DNA of 32,025 nucleotides from Perkinsus olseni (Eukaryota): NCBI GenBank assembly GCA_013115125.1, contig JABANN010000405.1, positions 1 to 32,025 of the forward strand, read 5' to 3'. Shown piece by piece: positions 11,066 to 24,100 of this stretch (position 1 is its first letter; each line of letters starts with the position of its first letter). The notes under the pieces were generated by a model. It saw only the letters and a program-made list of their open reading frames with translations, ran no database searches and was not told where the DNA came from. The position numbers and the translations under genes were made by a program.

Positions 11066-11197
11066 TCTTGAGGCTCAAGACTTGAGCCATCGGCATGACT
11101 TGAAGAAATCTCGGTAAATTTTAGCATAAATCGACTAGCACGTTTTTTCAAAGCTTTCGAATGAAAATGAGTCATTTGCGGTCACCGCAATGCAGTG
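11066..11197. other. Two further scars, 11066-11087 (perfect) and 11176-11197 (one mismatch)
   Basis: TCTTGAG-GCTCAAGA-CTTGAGC; TTGCGGT-CACCGCAA-TGCaGTG. Confidence 0.85.
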
Positions 11198-11493
11198 CAC
11201 ACATCCTGCGAGCTCCGCCCCGTCGTCTCGAAGACCCAGTAATATAATGTTACTGGCGATAACTTACTACTATTATCGAGCTATGAGCAATCCAATCTCC
11301 CATTAGGACTCGTAATTACTCGTGATATACGAGAGATCCACCCACCTTCGAAAACTATCCTTGGTGGTTCTGGTTCGCCAATCAACAACGCGGCGTTGTA
11401 CACAAGTCGCCAGAGCCGCCAAGAAAAGCGACTCCTCCCACTCACAACAAAACTCCACTCGCAGCCTATAATATGATAATGTTGAATCAGGCA

Positions 11494-12339
11494 TTACCGC
11501 ATCCAATATCGAGGCTGAGGATTTCTCGGCTGCTGCTGCTGCTGCTTCGCCTCTTGCTGCAACGGATAGACTGAAAAATATGTGGGTTCATAGATAGCCC
11601 TCCTTAGCCGCAGGATCTCGCTAACAAAGAGTTCCAATTGATATTGAGACACCGCCAGTGCCTTCCACCAGGTGGTCTCGGTCATACCGCTCTCGCCAGG
11701 TCGCTCGGCATCGGCCATAAACATAGCCCCGGCAACTAGTGCTTCTGGCGGTAGAAAGCAGATAATAGGAGACCGATGGGCATCAGTAAGGATTGGACAC
11801 GCTCGCCGAGCTACGCTTTTAGCCGCGCCACGGGGGCAAGCCCCGAAAACACTCTGAGCCAGTGGGACCAGCAAAGAGTGAGCGGAGGGGAAGAGTAACT
11901 GTCCGATCTCGAAACCGAGCTCTCGAAGTATATGACGCTCTGCTCTCATCACCTCCGTCTTCATCTGCTTGTACTCATCACTAGTCAAGTCGATCGCTTC
12001 AACCAACTCCCATGGTCTGCCATCGGGCCTGGGCTCGACCTCACGCAAGTACAAGAGTTGGAACACTTGCACCACCTTCCACATGGCCCTGGGGGTCTCC
12101 TCGTACTTGCAGCCGAGGAAGGTCGCTGCGCATGACACGATTCGAGCGTTGAAGGCAGCGAAGCCTTTGCGGAAGTAGAAACGTTGGATGATGACAGCGG
12201 CGGCTAGGGGCACCTTCAAAGGGAGCTTGAGCAAGACTGAGGCCCGATAAGACAAGTCGACAGCATACTCCCGCATGAGGAGAGGATCGACTGGGCAGGG
12301 ATGCTCTGGGGTAGACGAGGGGAGCAGAGGGACGGACAT
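11494..12339 (-). CDS. Cyclin L-like (transcriptional cyclin family), intronless, about 281 aa
   Basis: Cyclin box AAVIIQRFYFRKGF...CAATFLGCKYEETPRAMWKVVQVF...EYKQMKTEVMRAERHILRELGF. Start placed at MSVP, which is conserved in both copies; the ORF is open to 12381. Confidence 0.85.
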   Translation of the reverse strand: MSVPLLPSSTPEHPCPVDPLLMREYAVDLSYRASVLLKLPLKVPLAAAVIIQRFYFRKGFAAFNARIVSCAATFLGCKYEETPRAMWKVVQVFQLLYLREVEPRPDGRPWELVEAIDLTSDEYKQMKTEVMRAERHILRELGFEIGQLLFPSAHSLLVPLAQSVFGACPRGAAKSVARRACPILTDAHRSPIICFLPPEALVAGAMFMADAERPGESGMTETTWWKALAVSQYQLELFVSEILRLRRAIYEPTYFSVYPLQQEAKQQQQQPRNPQPRYWMR

Positions 12340-14894
12340 CAGAGAAGCCCAGGGGGTGGAGAGCTGAGAACAAGAACTCATATGATTGAGGGTCTAATGT
12401 AACACAACGCCATGGACGGAGGACAACTGGGAGAACTCAGCCAACTTTGCGCCTGAGCACTAGATTGTCGCTTTGCAGGCGACTCACTGGGGTGTCCGCA
12501 ACAGGTTCATAGTATCCCTGACAAGAGGACAGCCTCACATCCGACGGAGAAGTAAGACAGATTCACCTGGCTGGGGTCTGACTTGCACACCAGTAGGGTG
12601 TAGTAGCGCTCAAGCTCATCCGGATCAACCTGCTGCTTCCTCGCCAGCAGGCCAATGACGTCCGTGAGCGGCATCTGGAAGGACAGGAGAACGTGGGATT
12701 GTACAGAGGAATCTTGCTCACCTGGTCATCGACAAGCAAATTCGTCTTGGTTATTTTTCGAGGACTGTCACTCGTCTCCGAGTCCATGAGCTTTGGTGGT
12801 GCTAGCTCAGCAGAGGGGTCGTCGAGTATCCGAATGACGAGGGTCTAGGCCACGGCTGATCTGAGTTCTCGAGCTCACCGTGACTTGCTTACCCGCTGCT
12901 GCGTAACGTGAGGTCGTCCTGCCGGGGCTTGTGATGATATACCGCTGGTGCTGGCCCGAGCCGCAGAGCTTCGACCGATCGACCGCTGCGCGACCGAGCT
13001 CTCCGTAGACTGAGCTTCTCTACTGCCGTGCGTGTCCGTCATCGAACCGCTCTCGCTCTCTGAGTTCGACAACAAAGAACGGAGCGTGGGCAGCGGCAGA
13101 CTCACCTTCCGCATCGCTGTCGTCGCTATCCTCACCCCAGTCGGAATAGCAGAGGCAGAGCTCTCTAGCGTTCAGGGCTCCTACGGCACGGTAACTATCA
13201 AGTGCCGGCAAATCCATATCCGGTTCTATCACAGCGCGACCTGGGGCAAAACAGAAATCAACAGGAAACACGCTTTCGGTGGGACGTAGTACTGCCAGTA
13301 TCCGTGGCGGCCTCGTCATCGTCAAGCCACCGGAGATGATAGGAATGCTCGAGAGGCCTGAGCGGCAAGGGAAACCGCAATGAGCTAAGTTCGACTCATT
13401 GGGGGCTACTAGTTTAGATAGCGGTGGATTGAAAATCGCTATAAAATCTATAATACCATAACTATTCAATAGGATTGTCCCCCACAGAGTTTGCGAGACA
13501 CATAGGGTGGAGCCTTCTATTACAGGTCCCATCGGCGTGGTCGTAAACAACAAACGATGAATGCTCATTACTTCAGTCCAAACTCGTCCGTGTGTTCATT
13601 TAGGATGAGGGTCTCCAGCTCCTCAACTTTGGTATCAAGAGGAACCCGCATCTGACGGTAGAGAAGTATGGCGGCGAAGTTGTCGGTGGGCTACTACGCA
13701 CCTTACAAACCCGTTTAGGGTCAAACGGCGGTACGTAGACATCTATCTCAACGGTGTCGCGGCCCCCACCCATCTGATGAGGGGAGTGCTGATACCTCAG
13801 GACTGAGGGGGTAGTACCAGTGCGCTGGCAGTCGGGGAGATATCGCCACCAAGGCCGAGCATACCGGCGTCCACTCCGATAGCGCCGCTGCCGAGTCGCT
13901 CAATCCTGAGGGTATCTCGATGACTAGAGTGAAAGAGGTAGAAAGTACTCTCTCATGTGACGAGCCTTCCTCGCGGCATAGTGATCGACTCCGTCGAAGT
14001 CGTACACCTCATCATCGCTGCTTTCAGCTGGTTCCGGTAATCGACCTTACAGCGTCATCAGATCGCAGACGCGGAGGTGCACAGTGGCGGCCTTACGACG
14101 AAAGAGTGGCCGCTTGGGAAAAAGCGTCGCTGTCTCTCCGGGAGTAACTCTTGCTTTGAAAGGCACCACCTACCGAGACAGGCTATCATCGACTACTATC
14201 AGACAGCACTAACCTGAGGCTGCTCGTTCTTGGACTCGGCTTGGATGAGCTCCATCTGGGGACCGATGTACTCCCGGTTCCGCTTCTGCATCCCGAGTGT
14301 CGCCATCGTCCTCGTGCGCGGCCTGAGCAAGTCTAGTTTTCCCCAGAAGAGCCTAACGGACTGAGGTCCTACAGTCCGGGAGAGTCTAAGTCCTTTGCAT
14401 GGCCGGCGGGTGCCTGAGGATAGCAGAGAGGCGATGCCCAAGACCGTCAACAGCTCTGTCTCACTTGTGAACTGAACTGTCCCATACGGTCCACCAACAT
14501 GTCAGTCTCATCGTAGTTCCTCTGAGCTTGCCGGGGCGAAAGGACTGAGAGACTGAGCACTTTACCGATGACGCTGACGACGTTGTCATCCCTGAGGGAC
14601 ACTGCACGATTAAAGCGGTATATTTTCATAATTCTTCACTCAAATTAATATGAGGCGTTCTTTAATTGTAGATGATTTGTATGACACTGTACGAGAGTGG
14701 AGAGTAGACCTCTGCCGAGTCTCAAGACCGCTTCCAGGATCGACTTTCACGAGAAAGAAGCCACCCTGGGGGCCTCCGAGCCCGGTTGAACAATCGGAAG
14801 GTGTATTGAATATACTATGAAGGATGCTACACATGAGTTCCTCGTAGGTGTACATCTCCGCATCATCCAAAAGGTCATCCACTGCACTGTACCT
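11630..14894. repeat. Segmental duplication, right (better preserved) copy
   Basis: Homologous to 6690-10230 and lacks the scars. Confidence 0.9.
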
Positions 14895-15020
14895 GTTAGA
14901 CAGTCCGACGGCGAGCTGTGCTGAGGTCCACCCACTTCGAGGTCCGGTCTATAGTGGGGTCATCGTTGCCGTGACCGAGACGAGAGCCTTTGCGACCATC
15001 TCGTGTGTCGAAGAGGAGCT
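12437..15020 (-). CDS. Multi-exon gene of unknown function, possibly with ubiquitin-like (beta-grasp) domains; integrity and 5' end uncertain
   Basis: The last exons splice in frame to ...KTNLLVDDQ|MPLTDVIGLLARKQQVDPDELERYYTLLVCKSDPSQ|GYYEPVADTPVSRLQSDNLVLRRKVG*. Third-position differences from the sister copy support the frames. Middle exons are not fully resolved. Confidence 0.55.
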
Positions 15021-15280
15021 GCAAGGTGTGAGCTGAGGTGAAATCCATTCCCTAGTAACACATGAAAAATAACTGAACTAGAGCCTCCTGAGTGTTCACG
15101 ACTACCGCTGCGCGATGTAGATGAACGCAAGCGGCTATCGCCTAATGGTAGTAAGTAATATTATCGATGATGGTGACGTAGATTCACGATGCGATAATGG
15201 TTCATATTAAATGGTGACGACGTGTGTTCGAGTGAGGGACAGAGAGTAGACTTAGTAAACTTGTAAATGGAACGGGGCGA

Positions 15281-17977
15281 TTAGAAGTCACTCTCGCTGC
15301 TTGACGATGATGGCGGAGCGATGAGCTTGAAGCGCTTCGCCGCACGCTCGGAAACAACAATGGTCTGAAACGATTGGTGTAGCGCTCGACTCCTGCACGC
15401 TACTTGCCTGTGACTGTGCATCGTTCTCGGAGTGTGGCCGCTTGCTTGTTGCCCGACTCCAGAGGCAGGCCGAAGGCTGAAAAGTAGGCAATGACTACCA
15501 CAACTCTCACTCCGTTGTGGTGATGAAGGGAACACACTGCATCAGGGAAGGTCGGCGGCGATTTCGGCTGTCTACCCCACAAGTCTGCATCATCCGTGTA
15601 ACGTATTTGGCAGCTTCCTCAGATTGAGTCATCCCGGTGAACTGGTTCATAGCGGTTGTGGCACCTGGGTTCTGTATGGCGACACCTGATCAACGATGAG
15701 GTCACGGAGAGTCACAGGGAGGGAGATACAGGGGCCATCCGCCCTAGAGTGACGAGAGGAGCTGATCATACCGTGGTCTATCCGTAGTCGGTTATGAATG
15801 GCCTCCTTCTCCCACAGAGTGATCTGGGTCACCACGTTAGCTGGTATGCCATCGATGAACTTCTCGCCTCGTGCAGCACCAGTGTTGGCTGTGACTAAAG
15901 GAAGTCGGTCTATGGGCCGGTCATCGGTGCTGACTACTGGACTCACCCATATTGGTGGCCGCAGATCTTCCTCCTTGTGAGCCCATATGAGAGGCTCGAG
16001 GGTCCACATGACTCTTCAGATATGATATGATGTACTCCGATGTAACGCCCCTGATTCAAAAAAGTCAGCGGGAGGGGAAAGAGTTTCCTTCCTCACCTCT
16101 GGGCGGCGGACTGGACGGAGGTCTGCGTCAACGTCCCCAGAACACAACCAAAGTCATTGGGGTCGTACTCCCTGCCGTCACCAAGCTGACGCTGCAGCTG
16201 GACGAAGGTGCCGAGAAGACGCAAATCCAGACTTGACCTGCGCGAGCAGGAACCATTCGCACCGACGTGGATAAACCCTTCTCTCACGTCGTGTAAGCTG
16301 TGACTGCAAAGTTGCTGTCGACAAAGAGCCTGCAGGACTTGTTGCTGATCACCGAGTTATCATCCACACCCATCTTCGACCGGCTAGCTTGCATGACGTA
16401 AATCGAACTGGACACCACCATCCTAGAGTCCGCGCTCACCAGTGGCAACTCGTACTTCACCGATTCACCTGAAAACACCTAATCCGACCCCTCCAGACCG
16501 CGGAGTGCTAGGACAGGCAGGAGGCAGTTCCAACCTACCATATTGGCTATGCAAGCTGGCTACTTTCTTCAGTTCATCGTCGTAGGTCGCAGGGACAACT
16601 ATACCGAGGTCGGCCAGCGTCTCCAGCAGTGTCGTCACAGCTTCCGTCGCTCCAGGCGTCGCCATGCCTGTATCAACCGTCGCTACGCGAAAGAGATGAG
16701 GATAGTGCGTGTTACACAGGGGGTTGACACGGACGAGCGTGCCAGGGACCAGCCGCTCAGGCTCGTGCCTGATCGACCTAGTGAGCGCCACCACGAGGCG
16801 GATCGGAGCCAGGAGGGAATGTATGCCGTGCTGTCGTTCGATCATGTCGAAGGCTCGCCGTACAAGCTCCCAATACCTGGAAAGTGGGAGCCTTGGACAG
16901 CGGAAGGACGCCGGCAACCTACTGGCTCGTCCTAGAGGCCAAAACGAATTGGAACAGCTGCCCGGTTGATGTACTGGAGCTGCTCATACCAACTATTCCG
17001 GACAAACCTGACTCGGGCTGAGGGACACAAACCTGCCTCTGGTCACCTTACCTTGCCGGGCCCCTTCTGGCCGTAAGGAGGCATCCCCCACAGCAGCAGT
17101 CATACCGTCCACCATGGCCTCTAAGACGTACTCCCATCGAAGAGCGGCGTATTCGTCCAAGCGGTTTATGACAGCGTCTGGGCGCACGCCATTGGCTGAA
17201 GCAGCACGAAAATGAAACACAGCATAACGTTCTCTTTCCGCATACTGAGCCCCGCGGCATCATTGCCGGCGACCTTTGCCTCGTCGAGCTTGGGCTCCTC
17301 TAAGACCTCCCAGGATGGTGACAACTGGTCTTCGCTCGTATTCTGCAGCACAATAGTAATGAGCCGGCGAAAGCTGATGATGGGAAGCCAGGCTGTACTT
17401 TGAGGATAACCTCGTGAAGCCGCTGTCTGAAGTTGGAGCTCATTCGAAGATGCTGCCCCTTCGGATCCATCAACAGGATGTGCCTGAGAGGGAGGCACTG
17501 CTACTGCTGCTGCCGCTGCCCTAGCAAGGCTGGCCGCACTTACAGTTTAGTGAGCTGAGACAGGGCAGCACGGTACTTGGAGTGGTCCGGGTCGTGCAAT
17601 GAGGATATCCAGTGCCGTATGACGCCTTGCTGGATGGGCCGATGAACCAGAATCAAGCGGTTTATGAAGACCTGAGGGGCGAGTGGAAGGGACGGATACG
17701 CGCCACGGCGGAGGTTGCCTTGCCAATGCCATTGAGCCGGGCATAGACATAAGCAACAACAGCAGGGTCCTTGTAGAGCTCCTCGAATAAGCTACTAAGC
17801 TGGTGGGAGTTACTACCCGGAACCACAGGAGCACCTAAGAATAGCGGCTTGCACGATAGATCCACGGGAGGCTAGCTCACCTGGGGGCCGTTGGTAAAGC
17901 GTAGCCAAGTGGATGAGGTACCCGAAGAGGTCATTACCAAAGGAGCCAGACTTCCGAGTCCCCGATGGCGACGGCAT
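15281..17977 (-). CDS. Hypothetical multi-exon protein (could be two genes)
   Basis: Chain of minus-strand coding-like exons with GT-AG boundaries from MPSPSGTRKSGSFGNDLFGYLIHL to ...KRFKLIAPPSSSSSESDF*. No family recognised. Confidence 0.55.
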
Positions 17978-18068
17978 CTGCGAGAGCACTGAACGGGTCA
18001 GGCTTGAGAGCCCTGGTAGTAGCGGACTCAACGCAAGAAGAGCTCGTTGCAGTGAGAAACATCGGATG

Positions 18069-20946
18069 TCATTTAAACTTGACAGCAACTCGGTGGGCCT
18101 CCTCAACAGCCTCTTTGACGTATCTAAGTAGACCATGATCAGCCTTGGGGACGCCTGACAAAGACAGTACCGGCAAGTAGCATGCCACTCTGGAGGGGTT
18201 CGGGTCATCCAAGACTCCATCGCGTCCTTCTCAGCCAGCAACACCTGCATACGGTCGATCATATTCCGCACCAGCAGCGGCGGGCGGTACTTTAAGCACT
18301 CGGTCGCGCTTCTCAGCCTGCTGGGGCGAGATGCCCGACGCCCAGAAGTGAGATAGCAACTCCCTGACTCGCTCCAAAAGCTGGTCCAGTTCGACGTTCA
18401 CCGAGCTGTCTGCCATACGGCGGTATCTGCCAAGACTCTGCACGGAAATCCAGATAGACGGCGGTCCGCTTATCACAGCTTGCTGCCAGGGTTGGTCCGC
18501 GCGTTTATAGCACCATGGTCGACTCTGGACTGCCCTCCGGCAGTCATCACGTCATTTTCCCAAATACGTACACCGGGGACAACCAGACCTAAACGCGTAG
18601 CGACTTGACCAGTGTCATCCTGCGAGCTTCTCACGCACCAGGACCACTGACTGAGCCTCCTGGCCCAACGAGGTGGACCAACTCCTTGGACAGCTCGATG
18701 GTCTCCTGGTCAACTTTAGTGAGGACTTCATGACTCGACAACACTGGGGGACATCCCTCTTTAGACAAGTCACGAACCCAGGCTATGCACCTAAGAATGC
18801 GGCCCTTCCCATTGCGAACAGCTATGGGGACCTCCGAAACATGATAGAAGCTACCCGGCCAACTCACGTTTCATCCGGCACCTCCACCTTAGCCTCATCG
18901 GGGGATCCCGGAGGAGAGCCATTGGTGGCGTAGCGAGCCATGAGCCTGAAGATGATATCCCGGAGGAACCGCAGCCCCAACCGCGGACTTATTGATAGCC
19001 AGGGCTCGGGTGTCTCGGTCGTGGCCCTCCTCACGCAGGTCCTCCAACTCTGTGCTCTCGGAGGAGTCTAGCGCTATCTTGCGTCGCTTCGCTACAGATT
19101 CCACATCTACTGAGGGCGTCGGTTCTGCCCTGGGTAGAGTCCCTGAGCGAGCACGCATGGCAGAGAGAAGCTGGGACGAGCCCTACCAGTAGCTTGAGCG
19201 CTCTGATTGTTGAACCGATGGAGCAAACTCTGGAAGGTATCTAAGGAGCCAACCCAGTGAGAACCCCTAAGCCAGGCTCACTTGACTAACCGTTGCTAGC
19301 GAAAGCATCGCTGGGGAGCGGTTGCATTTCAGCACTGTGCTCGGCGTGACCTGTGCTGACCTCGGCCTGAGTTAGGTCAACCTGAGAACATAGCGAAGCG
19401 TGCCGACCGGTAGACGGGGAACCTGGGTCTCACCTCTGGATTTACGATAGACTCGGCCGTCCACACATCAGGGCCGACCTCATCAGCCGCTGAAAATATC
19501 AATAAAGCCTTCCTGTCTAGGCGGAGCGATGCAACCGAAATGCCCACTTTTCTCCATAGCGTCAAACAAAGGGTCGTTAGGTATGTTCTTAGGCTTCTCC
19601 TTCCCTTGGGAGTTGTAATAATAACCCGACTGGAAGTACTTGGTCCAAAATTCCTTCTCGGTGAGACTCGTCGGCACCAGGCGCTCGTAAGCCGCTCGGA
19701 CCTTGGGGTTCTGGTCGAACACTTCTCGTTGCTACACAAAAACTCATCTCAACCGCCCAGCATCATCTTTCCAGAGTCGGCACCGTTTCTGGCGTTATGT
19801 TGAAGACGCCCTTATCGCCTTGCTGTGGGTTGGCTATCTGGGTCGGCAGGTTGATCGGGATGGGCAAACTCGCGTGAATTCCCTGATCTAAGAGTGCGAG
19901 AGAGCACAGTAACAGCATGACCAGCGAACCCGAGTTCAGAGCCCAACACCGTCGCTGACGAACTAAGGCCCGAATTGGAGGCGCTGGTGATGCAAGTATG
20001 AACTCAGAGGGGACTTGACTTCACAACAAGCCTTATTGACATCGCGAGCTGTGCCCAGATGCGACCTACCATCATTCTCCATAGCTTGCTTATGAAGGTG
20101 TAGGTCCAACCTATAACGGTCCCAGAACTCCTCGGCGGTCAGGCACTTCGATCGCGTCACTAGCCGTTCATACCTAACCGCAGCAGAAGCGAATAGATGT
20201 CGTTGAGTTGCATTCCCCGACAACCTCACCTGTCCTTCATCTCCCTGTTGCTCGCCAGGAACTCGGCCCTGTCCTTGGCTGCCTGCTGCAGAGCCCGCTG
20301 CCGCCTCGCCTGCCTCTCCTCAGCGGCATCTCCTGCGTAACTACACCGCAAGCACACTCACCTCCCTGCATTCTCGCGGCGGGGTCCTACTTTTTGAGCA
20401 GGTCCAGGATGGCATGCTGATCGTCCCAGGCCTGGGTTGGCGATGTGAACTCTATGACGCGCTCCCGGGAGTCCTCGCTCGCATGTTCCCTGTCGTCATA
20501 GCATCATCGTACCACCTAGCCCCTACCCCGCGCCTACCGGTATGTCAGCTTGATGAGAGCCCTGTTTGACTTGGCAGGATTATGCTTGTTGGCAACGAAG
20601 CCCGCCACCAGGCTCAACATCACGATCGTGGGCTGCGTCTGATTGTTGTTAGCCGCAGGATTGAAGACTGACGAAAAGAGCGACTGGTGAGCTACAGAGA
20701 CTAGCTCCACTTTCATATTCTATACGATAAGCACGCCCGCCTCGTAAAGCCAGGAACTAGTGGAGAGGAGGTGATTGTGAGTGGAAGCTCACCTAGTCGC
20801 TGTGTCGTGAAGTAGAGGTCCCATGGTTGCTTCTTGAACCTTACAGGGAACCTAGCCAGCACGCGCTCAGCAGTGGGTGTCTCTCCACCCGCCGCTGCCA
20901 TTCCATCAGCTGATAACGACGATGGTGACGATGGTGACGTGGACAT
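18069..20946 (-). CDS. TFB1: TFIIH subunit p62/TFB1 (PH-like domain + two BSD domains), multi-exon
   Basis: N-terminal PH-like VRFKKQPWDLYFT; BSD1 RYERLVTRSKCLTAEEFWDRY; BSD2 FDQNPKVRAAYERLVPTSLTEKEFWTKYFQS; C-terminal RELLSHFWAS (cf. p62 ELLRHFW); last exon YVKEAVEEAHRVAVKFK*. Confidence 0.82.
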
Positions 20947-21159
20947 AATGCGCAGGGGCCCATGCGCGGGCACACAAGCAATCTGATGAAGTACAGAGCC
21001 CACCAGGCCCAGACGGTTGAACTCCAGGATGTAGCATAAAGTGAACCGAATGTTAGAACCGCCAACGCTATTATGTCAGAAAAACTTCATCAGAGTCGGA
21101 GAATGGTCGGGGCCTCACTATGACAACAAATGTGCTAATTATGGTAATCGATACCTGGT

Positions 21160-24100
21160 CTAGACACCACCACCAGCCGATAGCAGTCCATCGGCAATAG
21201 GAGCTACCGTGACCTTGTGGGCCACCTGCGGGCTCCTCTCCGCCATGAGTGCTCGGAGACGACTGTCTGAATCCCGGGACAGCTCCCCTACGAAACCGTC
21301 CTCGACCACTCGACCTCCTCGAGCTAGGACGATCGCTCTATCGCACATATGCAGGACGCTCGGGCGATGGCATGTCAAGATAACCTAGAGGGGTGACAGC
21401 AACAGATGATGATAATGCCGATAGGAGAGGCGGCAGCATCACGCACAGTTCCACAGGCCTTGAAGATCTCCTCCATGACCTTCTTTTGGGTGATCTCGTC
21501 GAGGGCGCTGGTGGCTTCATCCAGGACGGCCAACCGTGGACGAGTGAGGATGACCCGCGCCAACTGCAGAAGATGATGCACCACTCAGAAGCGAACATGG
21601 CAGGCCCACCTCAACGCGCTGACGCTCCCCTCCGCTGAGCTCGGCTAGCTTGCCATCCAACCCTAGGGACTTCACCTCGAGGGTGTACTGCAACTGCGCC
21701 TTGGCCAAAGCATCCAGCAACTCGTCATCAGGAGCTATTGGCGTCATGCCGAAACTGAAGGGCGTCCATGGAGAGCACAAGCAGCCGCTGGCAGCCAACC
21801 TCAATGCCTCCCGTATAGAGGCCCTGTCCGAGAGAGGGCTCTCCTGCATAACACACCCCACAAGCCCTGAACTTCTAAGGGCCTGGGGGTTCAGGGAACT
21901 CAGAGCCTTGCCCGATAAAAAGACCTGGAGAAGGTAGCAGTAGGGAGCCGTCACAGGCACTCCTCTCACCTGCCCCTTATCCGGCTTGATGGCCTGCAGC
22001 AATACTTCGACCAGCGTCGTCTTCCCGGTACCGCTCTCGCCTACTACGGCCACCCTTTGCCCTGGGGGCACACAGAAGCTGACATCACATAAGCCTGGAG
22101 AATCGGCCGACTCTCCACGGAGATCTGAAGCGGGGCTTGTGAGCCATGGGGAAGGGGGCGATGATGATGATGATGATGATGCGCCGTACCAGCATCAGCA
22201 GGCTCTTCGTATACAAAGCTGACGTTGCGAACGTCCACCACCAAACCAGCGGAGCCGAGGGAACTGCTGGGCAGCTGGCCCTCAGGAACCCCGTCAACGG
22301 GCGTATCCAAGGCCTTCACTATTCGACCTATAAAAAATACCAAGATGAAGTCCAGGCCAGGTAAGCCCATAGTACACGCATCGTCTGCTGCTGACGTTAC
22401 TGCGTCGACGGTGTCCAGGAGGGTATCGATACTACCGGACACAGAGGCCCAGGTACCTACCCGCTGGACCTCCAGGTCCACGGAGACGTGGCGGTCTGAT
22501 CTCACCTGCCTCGCCGCTAACGGATTGCCCCAGTGCCGCAGTTATAACCGAGCCCACTATCCCAGTGCCATCACCATCACCATCGGCACTTCCTGTCACC
22601 ACGCCAATAGCAGCCACCTCAGACACATGCGCACAGGAGGTCAGCAGCTGCACCATTGGTAGATGCATCAGGGCCTGTCGAGAGGCGTCATACCTGCCAT
22701 GAGAAGGCGGTGACGACGCGAACTACGCAACTCCCTCTACTCATTTCGTCTCTCCATCATCCTTATGGTTGCCTGGAATTGCCTTGACTCCAGCTCTTGG
22801 CGACCAAAGGCTCTCACTTGAAGCATGCTCTCGGGAGAGTAGAGATGCCGCCATAACCTGTCAAGCCGTTGATCCACTGAGAGCTGCCTGCACGTCGGTC
22901 ACCTAAGCATGACAGGCCCTCCTCTTGGGTCCACTACTGACGTGTCCATCAACCGCCAGTATATGAGATACTCCATCACTCGACGCTTGAAAAACACGGA
23001 ACCAAAAATGAACAATACCAAACCTATGAACCTGAGCGCCTCGAAAAAGCGTGCCAATAACGGTGCTATGAAACTCCTACCGTCCTCGTGAGTTGCCCGA
23101 TTTATGGTATATCTGCCACAGCGTTGTCGTTGCTCCACTGCACCGTGTGGTAACCTTGCTAGGCAGACCAAGCAGCAAGCGGCATACGGTGCCGCAGCTA
23201 CCAATGGTCCGACGCAGGAGATCCAGATCCATCGAAACCACCTGGGTCGAAAACATAACCAACCAAGCATCCATACGAGCAGGGCTAACCTGCTTATGGT
23301 CCATCAGCAAGGCCCGCCGATAGAGCTCCCCTTTGAGGCTTGTTATCGCTTCGTGCTGAGTCGCGTCCAGCAGCACCTCCCCCGCAGCACACAAAAAAAT
23401 CTGCGTCAACTCTAACCTGAACGCCGTCTCTTGCGATGGACTTGGCCAGCGCGAAAGAGTATGCGATTCTCCTCTCACTACCTGGCTAGCTCTAGGAACA
23501 TACCGAGCACTGGCTTCAGTCTCCGGCCCTTCGGGTTCATAGCCACCTCCATTATCCTACCCTTTCGAGAGACGCTCTGTGCTGCCAGCCATCCACAAAC
23601 CGCCGACATCGCCGTGGAGAGCGTCATACCTAGCAGTGCCATCACCAAAAGAAAAATTTGAAACCGACGTTTTACCTAGAAGGACCGTCGGAGAGCTGAC
23701 CAGGAGATGGGCGACCAAGCGTGAGGCAGTAGCGCACTGGGACAGGGCCGCTAGGTGCAATTTGTGACCCAGGGCATCGACTAGAGCTCGGTCTGCGAAG
23801 CCAACGAGTTCTCCACGAGTACAGTAGAAGTAGAGATCCTTGGCGGAGGACCTATGCCTATGGTCAGCCTCTAGGGCCTTCAGGACCTGACAGAATGGGT
23901 ATAGCAGGCCAAGACGCGCGCGGAGACCGGAAGCTCAATCGGTTCCGACTGGATCCACCCCTTCCCTTGCCCCTAGGTGCTTGCCCTACCCTTCTCAAAG
24001 TCCTGTCGACTGCTACTTTGAGGATAGAGATGACCTCCGGATCATCAGTAGAGCACCTGACAGGTCTGATCTAGCGGATGCCCTGCCCGACGAGAGGGTT

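Noticed and set aside
11081-11089. Relict spliced leader (minus strand TGGCTCAAG)
   Set aside because: Only 9 nt match the SL 3' end, it lies mostly within a scar, and it is not adjacent to a start codon.
10645-11197. CRISPR array (regularly spaced palindromic units)
   Set aside because: The units share geometry but not sequence, there are no cas genes, and the context is eukaryotic.
22160-22180. Poly-His/Ile/Asp/Met tract in the ORF track
   Set aside because: A (GAT)n microsatellite that appears to lie in an ABC-gene intron.
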